A stretch of 64,000 nt of DNA, from the NCBI GenBank assembly GCA_031377245.1, contig JANMEU010000004.1:60359-124358 (forward strand), written 5' to 3'. This document shows, one piece after another, positions 8,952 through 18,186 of the stretch (the first letter of the stretch is position 1; every line of letters begins with the position of its first letter). Under the pieces are notes generated by a model. That model searched no databases. It had not been told where the DNA came from and saw nothing but the letters and a program-made list of their open reading frames with translations. A program made the position numbers and the translations under genes. Origin of the DNA: Bacteroidota bacterium (lineage in GTDB: Bacteria; Bacteroidota; Bacteroidia; Chitinophagales; Chitinophagaceae).

Positions 8952-10001
8952 ATGCCAGCTAGCAAAATTGCAGGGGTAGGTATGTACGTGCCTTCCAACG
9001 TTTTTACCAATGAAGATTTAAAAAAATACATGGATACCAGCGATGAATGGATACAAGAACGTACAGGTATCAAAGAACGTAGATATGCCCATAGAACAGA
9101 AGAAACAACCACAACTATGGCAGTGGAAGCCGCAAAAATTGCTATAGAACGAGCCGGAACAACTGCACAGGATATTGATTTTATAATTTTTGCAACCCTA
9201 TCGCCCGACTATTATTTCCCCGGCTGTGGGGTTTTAGTACAACGGGCTATGAAGATGAAAGAAATTGGCGCCTTAGATATTCGCAACCAATGTAGCGGTT
9301 TTGTATATGCTTTATCGGTAGCCGATCAATTTATTAAAACAGGCATGTATAAAAATATATTGGTTATTGGGTCAGAAAAGCATTCGTTTGGGTTAGACTT
9401 TACTACAAGAGGTAGAAATATTTCGGTAATATTTGGAGATGGGGCTGGGGCTGTAGTACTACAACCTACAACAGAGGTAGGAAAAGGGATTTTAAGTACT
9501 CATTTACATAGCGATGGTGAGAGTGCAGAAATATTGGCCATGTACAACCCCGGTACACATGCTAACTATTGGATGAAAGATAAGGTAGCTAATTTTGATG
9601 ACGCCGAAATGGGGCAAATGTTTATGAGCCATGCTATGATTGATGATGCACAAAATTTTCCAAACATGGATGGCCCCTCTGTATTTAAAAAAGCGGTTGT
9701 AAAATTTCCGGAGGTAATTATAGAATCTTTAACAGCAAATGGATTAGCTGCAAAAGATATCAACTTACTAATACCACACCAAGCCAACTTACGCATTGCA
9801 CAATTTGTACAACAAAAATTACAATTAACCGATGAGCAAGTGTATAATAACATACAACATTACGGCAACACAACAGCAGCAAGTGTACCTATTGCCTTAT
9901 GTGAAGCTTGGGAAAAAGGTAAAATAAAAGAGGGTGATTTAGTTTGCCTTGCAGCATTTGGTAGTGGCTTTACATGGGCAAGTGCGTTAATACGTTGGTA
10001 A
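8952..10001 (+). CDS. fabH: 3-oxoacyl-ACP synthase III
   Basis: Cys-His-Asn triad: NQCSGF, PHQAN, YGNTTAAS; RTGI.ERR and FGDGAGA motifs. Confidence 0.92.
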   Translation: MPASKIAGVGMYVPSNVFTNEDLKKYMDTSDEWIQERTGIKERRYAHRTEETTTTMAVEAAKIAIERAGTTAQDIDFIIFATLSPDYYFPGCGVLVQRAMKMKEIGALDIRNQCSGFVYALSVADQFIKTGMYKNILVIGSEKHSFGLDFTTRGRNISVIFGDGAGAVVLQPTTEVGKGILSTHLHSDGESAEILAMYNPGTHANYWMKDKVANFDDAEMGQMFMSHAMIDDAQNFPNMDGPSVFKKAVVKFPEVIIESLTANGLAAKDINLLIPHQANLRIAQFVQQKLQLTDEQVYNNIQHYGNTTAASVPIALCEAWEKGKIKEGDLVCLAAFGSGFTWASALIRW

Positions 10002-10018
10002 ACTTATCGAATAAAAAG

Positions 10019-10026
10019 TATCTTTG
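10019..10026 (+). promoter_or_regulatory. -7 element TATCTTTG
   Basis: Consensus TAnnTTTG, 15 nt before the ATG at 10042. Confidence 0.6.
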
Positions 10027-10041
10027 TAAATAAAAGAAATT

Positions 10042-10491
10042 ATGAAAAAGAAAGTAGTATTATTTTTTACATTTTGTGCAATTATTTTATCAATTAATGC
10101 ACAAATTAAGGTGAATGTTTTTATTAATGGTATAAAGGCTGGTGCCTATGCTGTTAAGATCGACGATGTTGATGATGAAGGAATTTCGTACAAGAAAAAA
10201 GTATTTAAAAATGCTGATAAACTAACTGTTGAGTTAAGTGGTAAATCCTTACTTAAAAGACATACAAGAAAAGTACAAGTAGTTGGTGATGGCGATAAAG
10301 ATAAAGTGCTTGAAACCTTTAACGAAACAGTAGGCGCAGAAGGACAATTTATTTTAACGAACAATACTATTTTTAATCGCTTAAGTAAAGGCAATGCTAT
10401 TAAGCTTTATTTGCTAATGACACCGGTAAATACAAAAAGCAAAATGCCAAGTAAAAAAATATTTATTGGTACAATTTCTAGAGAAAAATAA
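10042..10491 (+). CDS. Hypothetical secreted protein
   Basis: Signal peptide (SINA-Q), Lys-rich, 149 aa. Confidence 0.6.
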   Translation: MKKKVVLFFTFCAIILSINAQIKVNVFINGIKAGAYAVKIDDVDDEGISYKKKVFKNADKLTVELSGKSLLKRHTRKVQVVGDGDKDKVLETFNETVGAEGQFILTNNTIFNRLSKGNAIKLYLLMTPVNTKSKMPSKKIFIGTISREK

Positions 10492-10531
10492 GTTTAATTG
10501 TTAAGAGGGTGCTTGTTACCCAATGAAATTT

Positions 10532-10574
10532 AATCCTTACCTAACTTTATTTTTTCGAAAGTTAGGTAAGGATT
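10532..10574. repeat. Perfect 17-bp inverted repeat (REP-like hairpin or terminator)
   Basis: AATCCTTACCTAACTTT-9 nt-AAAGTTAGGTAAGGATT between two co-directional genes; no clean U-tract. Confidence 0.7.
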
Positions 10575-10629
10575 TGTGTAATTTTATGGTCCTTGTTTAA
10601 ATACAATTGGTTTCCCTCAAATTTGCAGT

Positions 10630-11529
10630 ATGCAACGTCGTTTTATTTATTTTATAAACCCAATATCTGGCACTAAAGGCAAAGAAGCTTTAACGAGTTT
10701 AATTAAAGAAAAAACGACTGCTCAACATATTCCGTTCGAAATTTTACCTACCAATGCTACTGGTAATTATGATTATTTAATTGAAAAAATAAAGGCTGAA
10801 AATATAACGGATATAATTGTGTGTGGTGGTGATGGTACCGTTAATCAAATTGGGAACGCTTTATTAACTGTTACTGTAAACATTGGCATTATTCCAATGG
10901 GTAGTGGTAATGGTTTAGCCTTAGCAGCAAAAATTAGTAAAAATGCTGCTGAGGCGTTAAACACTATTTTTGCAGGAAACACAGCATTAATAGATTGCTT
11001 TTATATTAATGAAAAATTTAGCTGCATGCTTTGTGGGTTGGGTTTTGATGCACAAGTAGCACATGATTTTGCTAAACAAAAAAAAAGAGGGTTATCCACT
11101 TATGTTAAACAATCCATAAAAAATTTTATTGTAGCTAAGCCATACGAATTTACATTAATGGTAGATGGTAGCCATATTAAAACAGAAGCTTTTTTTATAA
11201 GCATAGCCAATAGCAATCAGTTTGGCAATAATTTTACCATTGCCCCTAAAGCTAGTTTACAAGATGGTTTGTTAGATATTATTATTGTAAATAAAATGAG
11301 TAAAGCAAGAATGTTATGGACAGTTTTAAAACAACTTAAGGTTGGGGAAGTACGCCCCTATGAAGATAAAAAATATCATCGTACCGATATTGGTTATTTT
11401 CAAACTGCAAGGCTATCTATACAAAATCCTGGCTTAGCACCTTTGCATATTGATGGTGACCCTGTAGAAACAACAACTAATTTTAATATTGAAATTATAC
11501 CCAAAGCATTGCGGCTGTTGGTGAACTAA
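10630..11529 (+). CDS. Diacylglycerol/lipid kinase (YegS/DgkB family)
   Basis: INPISG, CGGDGTVN, IPMGSGNGLA, GLGFDA, NQFGNN and HIDGD motifs. Confidence 0.92.
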   Translation: MQRRFIYFINPISGTKGKEALTSLIKEKTTAQHIPFEILPTNATGNYDYLIEKIKAENITDIIVCGGDGTVNQIGNALLTVTVNIGIIPMGSGNGLALAAKISKNAAEALNTIFAGNTALIDCFYINEKFSCMLCGLGFDAQVAHDFAKQKKRGLSTYVKQSIKNFIVAKPYEFTLMVDGSHIKTEAFFISIANSNQFGNNFTIAPKASLQDGLLDIIIVNKMSKARMLWTVLKQLKVGEVRPYEDKKYHRTDIGYFQTARLSIQNPGLAPLHIDGDPVETTTNFNIEIIPKALRLLVN

Positions 11530-11531
11530 AC

Positions 11532-13748
11532 TTACTTAACACCAAGCCCCACTTTAATTTTTTGTAAACACTGTTGATTGTAGGTATTGTAAAACGAAGA
11601 CTTAATATCTCTTTTTTCTCGAGCAGTTAAATGAAAATTTAATGCTGCACTTTTATCTTCTTTTTCGGGTATATACATTAGGGTTAGTTGTTGTAAAGAA
11701 GAGTCTAATTGCTTATGTAAATAACTATACTGTTGTGTAATACTATAATCTTGTAGCTTAAACCAATTATGTTGTAACATTGTTCCGGGCTTAATTAATA
11801 CATCGGAAATATCTGTATTTTCAAAAGGATGATACCAATTATCTTTTGGTCTATCTCGTAATTGTATTATTAATACGCCACTTGTATTCTCTTTAATCCA
11901 ATCGCTAAAATTTTCAATAAAACGAAGGGTAGTTTCTTCCCCAAAATTATCTCGTAAGCCTGCATCCATAACATCAATTACAGGCTGGGTTGGTAGCCAT
12001 ACATTTGGCAGAACGTAGGGGAAAGTTGCATTCATACGCAATAAGGTTAGTAAGCGTATGTTTTGTGGGTTTTGTTTACTTAACAATGCTGCAAAGTCAA
12101 TAGCATCAGGACTTATAGTGGTATCATTAGCAAATAATAAAGGCTTCATCATAAAGCTTATTGGCTGGCTACTAACCATCATTTTTCTTCCATCTCTACT
12201 TATGGTACTATTAAAAATAAGCAAGGGTACAGTCGCTTTTTTTTCATCATCGGCAAAGTCTTTAAGCTGTTTGTTTAAAATTCCGTTTGTATTTTCACTA
12301 AGCTGATTTTCAAAAGCATATCCTCTATCTTTTACATATTGATAATTATCTACAGAAAATTTTTGTGCCGGGGCAAAAATATCTCTTGCAATCATTGATG
12401 AAAAAACGGGATTTAATAAATCTTTTGTAATATCTTCTGTATAAATAGGGTCTGCTATATTTTTAATTTCCTTGTTTCTATACAACTCTCTATAATAAGT
12501 TGCAGCTAACATTCCACCACTAGCACCACTAATTAAAAAGGTATGTTTCATTAGTTCGCCATTGGTCATACTATCCATTTTTTGTAACGTATTCATTACA
12601 AAAGTGGCACTACGTAGGCCGCCACCACTTACATTTATAAAAATCATTTTGGGTTTATCTTCTTTTTGTTTCGCTTTCCAATTATTTAAAATTGTAAGCA
12701 TATTAGCCTTGTCTGTTGTTATTTTTTGTGGAGTAGTTAATTGTAGTAAGGTAGTTTTATTATAGTTGGGTCGCTCATTTTTATTGGTATAATTTAATCC
12801 GTATGCTTTGTTACGAGGGTCAATAATTTCTGTTTTATACAATACATTTAATACTACAATTAAGCCAAGCACAAAAAGTAAACTCCAACTTTGTAAAAAA
12901 TAAGTAAGTGCACCAATAAGCGCCATTAACACTGCAAAAAAAACTAAAATACTTGCAGCAGCTGGTGGCCTAAAAAAAGAATAGTCTAAAAAAAAGCCAA
13001 CCGTAGTTAAAAATAAAAATGCTAATACTATGCTTCCTATAGCTGCAAGATGGTGTCGCTTAAAAATTAAGTCTAAAAAATTTTGGTTGTAATGCGCTAC
13101 TTTACGTACTTGTTTAATTTGCAACCCAGTACTTAAATAGGTAGTTACTTTTAAACCGAACGCATCAAATGGCAAACCACCTATTGGGGCAAATTTTGTT
13201 TTAAACGTTTGTTTATCTGCTACAATAGGTGCAATACTCCGTATTATAGTTTTTTCTGCCCCAAAAAAATATCCAAAGGAAATTATAAATAATAAAAATA
13301 AGCCACATAAAATGCCTACTAAAATAACGACTATTAAATTTACTTCCATCAACTCTTTATATTGATTAAACATAAAAAGCTTAACACAATAAAAAATTAA
13401 AAAAAATAAGGGGAATAGCGAATTGTTAATACAGTATTTTAAAAATGGTTTAGATGTACTTGCTAAAAACTTACATCGTTTACTATGTAAAATAAAAGTG
13501 GTAATATGCCAACTCATAAAAAAAACACCTAAGGCTACGCCAACAATAAGTGCAGCAAAAAAATTTACATCCCCTAAATATTCTGGTACAAAAAATAAGG
13601 CATCGGCTCCAAAATTTTTCATAAAGCCACTATTAATTACACTAAAAAGTAAAAACCAAAAAATTAGTAAAATTTGGTATTTTCTAAAATGTAGAATTAA
13701 AAGTTGTACAGGAAAAGAGTGTAAAACCCCATTAAAAAATTGCCGCAT
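11532..13748 (-). CDS. Membrane-anchored patatin-like phospholipase
   Basis: Multi-TM N-terminal half; SGGGLRS, GASGG (nucleophile elbow) and DAG motifs. Confidence 0.85.
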   Translation of the reverse strand: MRQFFNGVLHSFPVQLLILHFRKYQILLIFWFLLFSVINSGFMKNFGADALFFVPEYLGDVNFFAALIVGVALGVFFMSWHITTFILHSKRCKFLASTSKPFLKYCINNSLFPLFFLIFYCVKLFMFNQYKELMEVNLIVVILVGILCGLFLLFIISFGYFFGAEKTIIRSIAPIVADKQTFKTKFAPIGGLPFDAFGLKVTTYLSTGLQIKQVRKVAHYNQNFLDLIFKRHHLAAIGSIVLAFLFLTTVGFFLDYSFFRPPAAASILVFFAVLMALIGALTYFLQSWSLLFVLGLIVVLNVLYKTEIIDPRNKAYGLNYTNKNERPNYNKTTLLQLTTPQKITTDKANMLTILNNWKAKQKEDKPKMIFINVSGGGLRSATFVMNTLQKMDSMTNGELMKHTFLISGASGGMLAATYYRELYRNKEIKNIADPIYTEDITKDLLNPVFSSMIARDIFAPAQKFSVDNYQYVKDRGYAFENQLSENTNGILNKQLKDFADDEKKATVPLLIFNSTISRDGRKMMVSSQPISFMMKPLLFANDTTISPDAIDFAALLSKQNPQNIRLLTLLRMNATFPYVLPNVWLPTQPVIDVMDAGLRDNFGEETTLRFIENFSDWIKENTSGVLIIQLRDRPKDNWYHPFENTDISDVLIKPGTMLQHNWFKLQDYSITQQYSYLHKQLDSSLQQLTLMYIPEKEDKSAALNFHLTAREKRDIKSSFYNTYNQQCLQKIKVGLGVK

Positions 13749-13796
13749 AACTCATTTTGTATAAAACTACAAAAATGTATGCCAAAACAAGCCTGC

Positions 13797-14828
13797 TTAG
13801 GCTGATTTAAACAAACTTGTATTTAGCCAACTATAAAAAGCCGATACAAAAAGTACCGAGCTAAATAATAAATGGAGCGGTTGTGCAATTGCAGGTATAT
13901 CAAAATAGGCCATTACAATACCCAACATAATTTCGGCAAAAAGGCAAACAACAATTAAGGTATTGCTAAATAGTTTTACCCCAATTTTTTTAAACCCATA
14001 CACCACATATAAAAAAATAGCGGTTACTAGCAACGAAAATGAACGGTGAATTAAAAAAATGTAATCTAATTTATCAATCCACCTATCTCTCCCCCCATAA
14101 GCTAATGATTTACTAATTTCATCAATTTGCTCTCGTACTTGTGTACCCAAAATAATTTGCAGGGTTAGTAATAGCAAGCCTACTAAAGTTAACCAATACA
14201 GTTTTTTAGTTTGTACTTTTTTAGTTTGTTGTACTACATAAATAACAGTTAAAGCAATTGCTGCAATTAGCAAGGCTACAAGCAAATGAGTCGTAATTTT
14301 TACACCAGCCAAATTTGTATCTACAACGGTTTTACCCAACCATGCCTGAAAACCAGTAAGCAATACATTTGCAAAACAAAGTGCACTAATTTTTTTATTG
14401 GTGCTCCAAAATTTTAAACTCCATAGTAATTGTATTAATAAAAAAACACCTAGCAATGCACCTAACAATCTATTTATATATTCAATCCAGGTTTGGTAAA
14501 TAACTATTTTAGTATACCCATGTTTGTTGTAATGTTGCCAATTTGTTCTATCAAAATTTTCTTTACTTTTAAAATTAAAAGCGGCAAACCATAAGCTATC
14601 GTTATGGCGTATAAACTGACCTTTAGGGTAGTTTTTATTTGCGCTAAAAAACACTTGTTCCATTTTAGTTGGTGGAATGTATTGCCCAAAACATTTTGGC
14701 CAATCGGGACAGCCCATACCACTTTGTGTACTACGTACAACTGCACCTGCAGCTATTACTAAAAACACCAGCACTAAAACCCATTTGCTAAAGCGTAAAA
14801 AAGAAGAAGAAGTTTGCATATTTTGCAA
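13797..14828 (-). CDS. ctaA: Heme A synthase (COX15/CtaA)
   Basis: GMGCPDWPKCFG, EYINRL, THL, IHRS and LHL motifs; eight-TM pattern. Confidence 0.9.
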   Translation of the reverse strand: MQNMQTSSSFLRFSKWVLVLVFLVIAAGAVVRSTQSGMGCPDWPKCFGQYIPPTKMEQVFFSANKNYPKGQFIRHNDSLWFAAFNFKSKENFDRTNWQHYNKHGYTKIVIYQTWIEYINRLLGALLGVFLLIQLLWSLKFWSTNKKISALCFANVLLTGFQAWLGKTVVDTNLAGVKITTHLLVALLIAAIALTVIYVVQQTKKVQTKKLYWLTLVGLLLLTLQIILGTQVREQIDEISKSLAYGGRDRWIDKLDYIFLIHRSFSLLVTAIFLYVVYGFKKIGVKLFSNTLIVVCLFAEIMLGIVMAYFDIPAIAQPLHLLFSSVLFVSAFYSWLNTSLFKSA

Positions 14829-14868
14829 AGGTATTGCACAAATGGTTTGTAATTAATTTTGTTGAAAG

Positions 14869-15468
14869 ATGTTATTATCGTATTATAAAAAAAATAAAGT
14901 TGAAGCTGGTATAGATGAAGCTGGAAGGGGTTGCTATGCCGGCTCTGTTTTTGCAGCAGCCGTTATTTTACCAACCGATTTTTTTCATCCCTTATTAAAC
15001 GATAGCAAACAACTAAAGGAAAAAGAAAGAGATATTTTACGCCCCATTATAGAAAAAGAAAGTATTTGTTACTCCGTACAAGCTGTAAATCATATTGAAA
15101 TAGATAAGATAAATATTTTACAGGCTACCTACAAAGCCATGCACTTATGTGTAGCAGCCTTAAAAATTAAACCTAATTTATTGCTGATTGATGGTAACCG
15201 ATTTAAACCCTATGCTAAAATTGCACATCAGTGTATTATTAAAGGCGATGGTAAATATGCCAGCATTGCTGCCGCCAGTATTTTAGCCAAAACCTATAGA
15301 GATGAAGAAATGAAAAAACTACATCAGCAATTTCCGCAGTACGACTGGTTACATAATAAAGGCTACGGAACCTTAAAGCACCGCTTAGCCATTGAAGAGT
15401 TTGGCTTGTGCAAATACCACCGCAAAAGTTTTAATATTTTGCCTAATCAATTAAGTATTTTCACATAA
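14869..15468 (+). CDS. rnhB: Ribonuclease HII
   Basis: GIDEAGRG, LNDSKQL, LIDGN, KGDGKYASIAAASILAK and HRKSF motifs. Confidence 0.96.
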   Translation: MLLSYYKKNKVEAGIDEAGRGCYAGSVFAAAVILPTDFFHPLLNDSKQLKEKERDILRPIIEKESICYSVQAVNHIEIDKINILQATYKAMHLCVAALKIKPNLLLIDGNRFKPYAKIAHQCIIKGDGKYASIAAASILAKTYRDEEMKKLHQQFPQYDWLHNKGYGTLKHRLAIEEFGLCKYHRKSFNILPNQLSIFT

Positions 15469-15618
15469 ATAGTAATTCTAATAAACACTTTATCAATAAT
15501 AGTTGTGTAATTAGCGTTATCGGCTAAATAATTTTTTTATCGGCTTTTAAACCTTTACCATCTTTAACCATCTATGTAGGTATAAAACAAAATTTAAAAC
15601 TTTATAAAAACAAAAATT

Positions 15619-15930
15619 ATGACTTTAAAATTATTATCAGCAGCTATTGTGGCCTTAGCATTAAGTATTAATACCGCCGATGCTCAAACCGTAACAGGTA
15701 AAGCCCAAAACCAACGCCAACGTATTAAGCAAGGCGTAAAAAGTGGCGAATTAACTAAAGCCGAAACTCGTAATGTAGTAAGCGATCAAAGAGAAATTCG
15801 TCAAGATGTAAAAGCAGCAAAATCCGACGGTACGGTAACTAAAGAAGAAAGAAAAGATATTAAGCAAGACCAAAGACAAGCTAGCCGTAAAATTTACCGC
15901 AAAAAACATAATAACAGAGATAGAAACTAA
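15619..15930 (+). CDS. Small basic secreted/periplasmic protein
   Basis: Signal peptide (ADA-Q); QRQRIKQGVKSGELT motif with internal charged helical repeats. Confidence 0.7.
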   Translation: MTLKLLSAAIVALALSINTADAQTVTGKAQNQRQRIKQGVKSGELTKAETRNVVSDQREIRQDVKAAKSDGTVTKEERKDIKQDQRQASRKIYRKKHNNRDRN

Positions 15931-15935
15931 GAATC

Positions 15936-15969
15936 AAAAAATCCTCAACAACTCTGTTGAGGATTTTTT
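15936..15969. terminator. Bidirectional intrinsic terminator
   Basis: AAAAAATCCTCAACA-ACTC-TGTTGAGGATTTTTT between convergent genes. Confidence 0.9.
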
Positions 15970-16579
15970 ATTCCAAAACTATTTCGCCCAGGCCCTGCCT
16001 TGTTATATGCCAATCTGCAGTTACACAATCCACAATTGTACTGGGTATAATTCCGCCTATACCTCCATCAATTACAAAATCTACCAAGTGCCCAAGTTTT
16101 TCGTAAATAATTTCAGGGTCGGTATACTCCTCCACCATATCTCCTGGTAAGGATGCACTTAAAATAGGCACATCTAATTCGTTTAATATTTGCTGGCAAA
16201 TTTCGTTATCGGGCACCCTTAAACCAATAGTACTTTTTTTACTTTGCAAAATTTTAGGTACTTGCTTACTAGCCGGTAAAATAAACGTAAACGGACCTGG
16301 CAAATAACTTTTTAATAAGCGATATAAGGGAGTGTCAATACTTTTTGTATAATCGCTAAGGTGGCTCAAATCTTTACAAATAAAGCTTAGCTGTGCTTTT
16401 TCAGGATCCACATTTTTTATTTTACAAATACGCTCTACTGCTTTATGGTGGTTAATACTACAGCCCAAGCCATAAATAGTATCGGTTGGGTAAACAACCA
16501 CACCCCCATTGTGCAAACAGTCTACTATTTGTTTAATTAGCCGTGGCTGCGGATTTTGTGGATGAATTTGTATAAGCAT
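15968..16579 (-). CDS. Sua5/YciO/YrdC family (L-threonylcarbamoyladenylate synthase-like)
   Basis: GVVVYPTDTIYGLGC, LPGPFTFIL, IGLRVP and PILSAS motifs; the IHP.NPQ.R N-terminus is YciO-like. Confidence 0.9.
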   Translation of the reverse strand: MLIQIHPQNPQPRLIKQIVDCLHNGGVVVYPTDTIYGLGCSINHHKAVERICKIKNVDPEKAQLSFICKDLSHLSDYTKSIDTPLYRLLKSYLPGPFTFILPASKQVPKILQSKKSTIGLRVPDNEICQQILNELDVPILSASLPGDMVEEYTDPEIIYEKLGHLVDFVIDGGIGGIIPSTIVDCVTADWHITRQGLGEIVLE

Positions 16580-16582
16580 ATG

Positions 16583-16805
16583 CCTAAACCCCTAAAGGGC
16601 TTTAATGATGTTTTGTTGTTAATTACTTTATCAGCATTTTTTTAAAAATCAACATCGTTTCTGACTTATGCTGTCTTTTGACTTAAAGAAAAATAACCTG
16701 CCTTGTGCCCCATACCCTTATTCAGCCATAACTCAACTTCTCCAAATTTTAGCATATACGTTGCAAAAGTATAAACAAAGTTCCCCCTTTAGGGGGCGGA
16801 GGGGG
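16583..16805. repeat. REP-doublet / MITE-like element, copy 1
   Basis: Left end CCTAAACCCCTAAAGGGCTTT (16583-16603); right end CCCCTTTTAGGGGGCGGAGGGGG (16783-16805); same ends recur at 61742-61861. Confidence 0.75.
16764..16771 (-). promoter_or_regulatory. -7 element TACTTTTG (Sua5/YciO gene)
   Basis: Plus-strand CAAAAGTA; divergent partner at 16827. Confidence 0.55.
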
Positions 16806-16826
16806 TAAAATTACACTCAATCATCT

Positions 16827-16834
16827 TACTTTTG
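16827..16834 (+). promoter_or_regulatory. -7 element TACTTTTG (PfkB gene)
   Basis: Consensus match 36 nt upstream of the ATG at 16871. Confidence 0.6.
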
Positions 16835-16870
16835 CCCAATTATTAATTATTCATATCAACACAACTAAAA

Positions 16871-17794
16871 ATGAGTTTAATTACAGTAGGCACAATGGCT
16901 TTTGATGCTATTGAAACCCCTTTTGGCAAAGTAGATAAAATTGTAGGCGGTAGTGCTACCTACGTGGCTTATGCTGCAAGTAATTTTGTACAGCCCGTGC
17001 AACAAATTTCAATTGTTGGTTACGATTTTCCGCAAGAAGAAATGGACGAACTAAAAAAACGTGGTGTACAATTAGATGGAGTTGAAATTGTACCCGATAA
17101 AAAATCTTTTTTTTGGAGTGGTAAATATCATAATGATATGAACTCTAGAGACACCTTAATTACCGACTTAAATGTGTTAGAAGATTTTAACCCTATTGTA
17201 CCCGATAGTTACCAAGGCGCCGAGTTTTTAATGCTAGGTAATTTAATGCCTAAGTTACAATTAAGCGTAATTAATCAATTAAAAACACGACCAAAATTAA
17301 TAGTAATGGATACTATGAATTTTTGGATGGAAATAGCCCTAGACGATTTAAAAGAAGTACTTAAAAAAGTAGATGTATTAATGGTAAACGATGGTGAAGC
17401 TAGGCAACTTAGCGGCGAATACTCCTTAGTAAAAGCTGCTAAAGTAATTATGGAAATGGGGCCTAAGTTTTTAATTATAAAAAAGGGTGAGCATGGTGCC
17501 TTATTATTTCATGAAAACCATGTGTTTTTTGCACCAGCCTTACCGCTAGAGGAAGTTTTTGACCCAACAGGTGCTGGTGATACCTTTGCTGGTGGCTTTA
17601 TTGGGCATATTGCTAAAACAAAAGATATTAGTTTTGAAAATATGAAAACCGCTATAATTGTAGGTAGTGCTATGGCAAGCTTTTGTGTGGAAAAATTTGG
17701 ACCACAGCGCATGAAAGAAATTACCAAAGAAGATATTGATGCTAGATTAAGTGAGTTTGTACAATTGGTGAACTTTGATATTGATTTGGTGTAA
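16871..17794 (+). CDS. PfkB family carbohydrate/nucleoside kinase
   Basis: GGSATY, NDGEA, IIKKGEHG and DPTGAGDTFAGGF signature. Confidence 0.93.
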   Translation: MSLITVGTMAFDAIETPFGKVDKIVGGSATYVAYAASNFVQPVQQISIVGYDFPQEEMDELKKRGVQLDGVEIVPDKKSFFWSGKYHNDMNSRDTLITDLNVLEDFNPIVPDSYQGAEFLMLGNLMPKLQLSVINQLKTRPKLIVMDTMNFWMEIALDDLKEVLKKVDVLMVNDGEARQLSGEYSLVKAAKVIMEMGPKFLIIKKGEHGALLFHENHVFFAPALPLEEVFDPTGAGDTFAGGFIGHIAKTKDISFENMKTAIIVGSAMASFCVEKFGPQRMKEITKEDIDARLSEFVQLVNFDIDLV

Positions 17795-17826
17795 AAGAAA
17801 ATAACCTATACTTTTAAAATAAAAAT

Positions 17827-18135
17827 ATGTTAGAAATTATTGCCTTAGTATTCCTTACAAAAAATATAGGAAGTTTAGCTCAACGCAAAGGCTTAAAGCC
17901 TGGAACTTGGAAATTATATACAGTACTCTGTTGGTTTGGTGCAGAAATACTTGGTGCCCTAATTGGCGTTCTTGTTTTTGGTAGCGAAAACATTGTTGGT
18001 GCTGTACTTTTAGGCTTAGCCTGTGCTGTAGGTAGCTACTTTGTATTAAAAGCTAATTTAGATAAGCGACCAGATGCAATGGATGATGATATAAACAGAA
18101 TTGGTGTTAGCGATTTATATCCAGATAAAAATTAA
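17827..18135 (+). CDS. Small membrane protein
   Basis: 102 aa with two to three TM segments and an acidic C-terminal tail. Confidence 0.65.
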   Translation: MLEIIALVFLTKNIGSLAQRKGLKPGTWKLYTVLCWFGAEILGALIGVLVFGSENIVGAVLLGLACAVGSYFVLKANLDKRPDAMDDDINRIGVSDLYPDKN

Positions 18136-18141
18136 ATGATA

Positions 18142-18172
18142 AAAAAACCGAAGCTCTTTGCTTCGGTTTTTT
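18142..18172. terminator. Bidirectional intrinsic terminator
   Basis: AAAAAACCGAAGC-TCTTT-GCTTCGGTTTTTT between convergent genes. Confidence 0.9.
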
Positions 18173-18186
18173 AGTATCGTTATTTA

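Noticed and set aside
11532-13764. Antisense ORFs 12058..12306, 12562..12765 and 13423..13764 in the patatin gene
   Set aside because: Fully or almost fully overlap a well-supported gene on the other strand; no motifs
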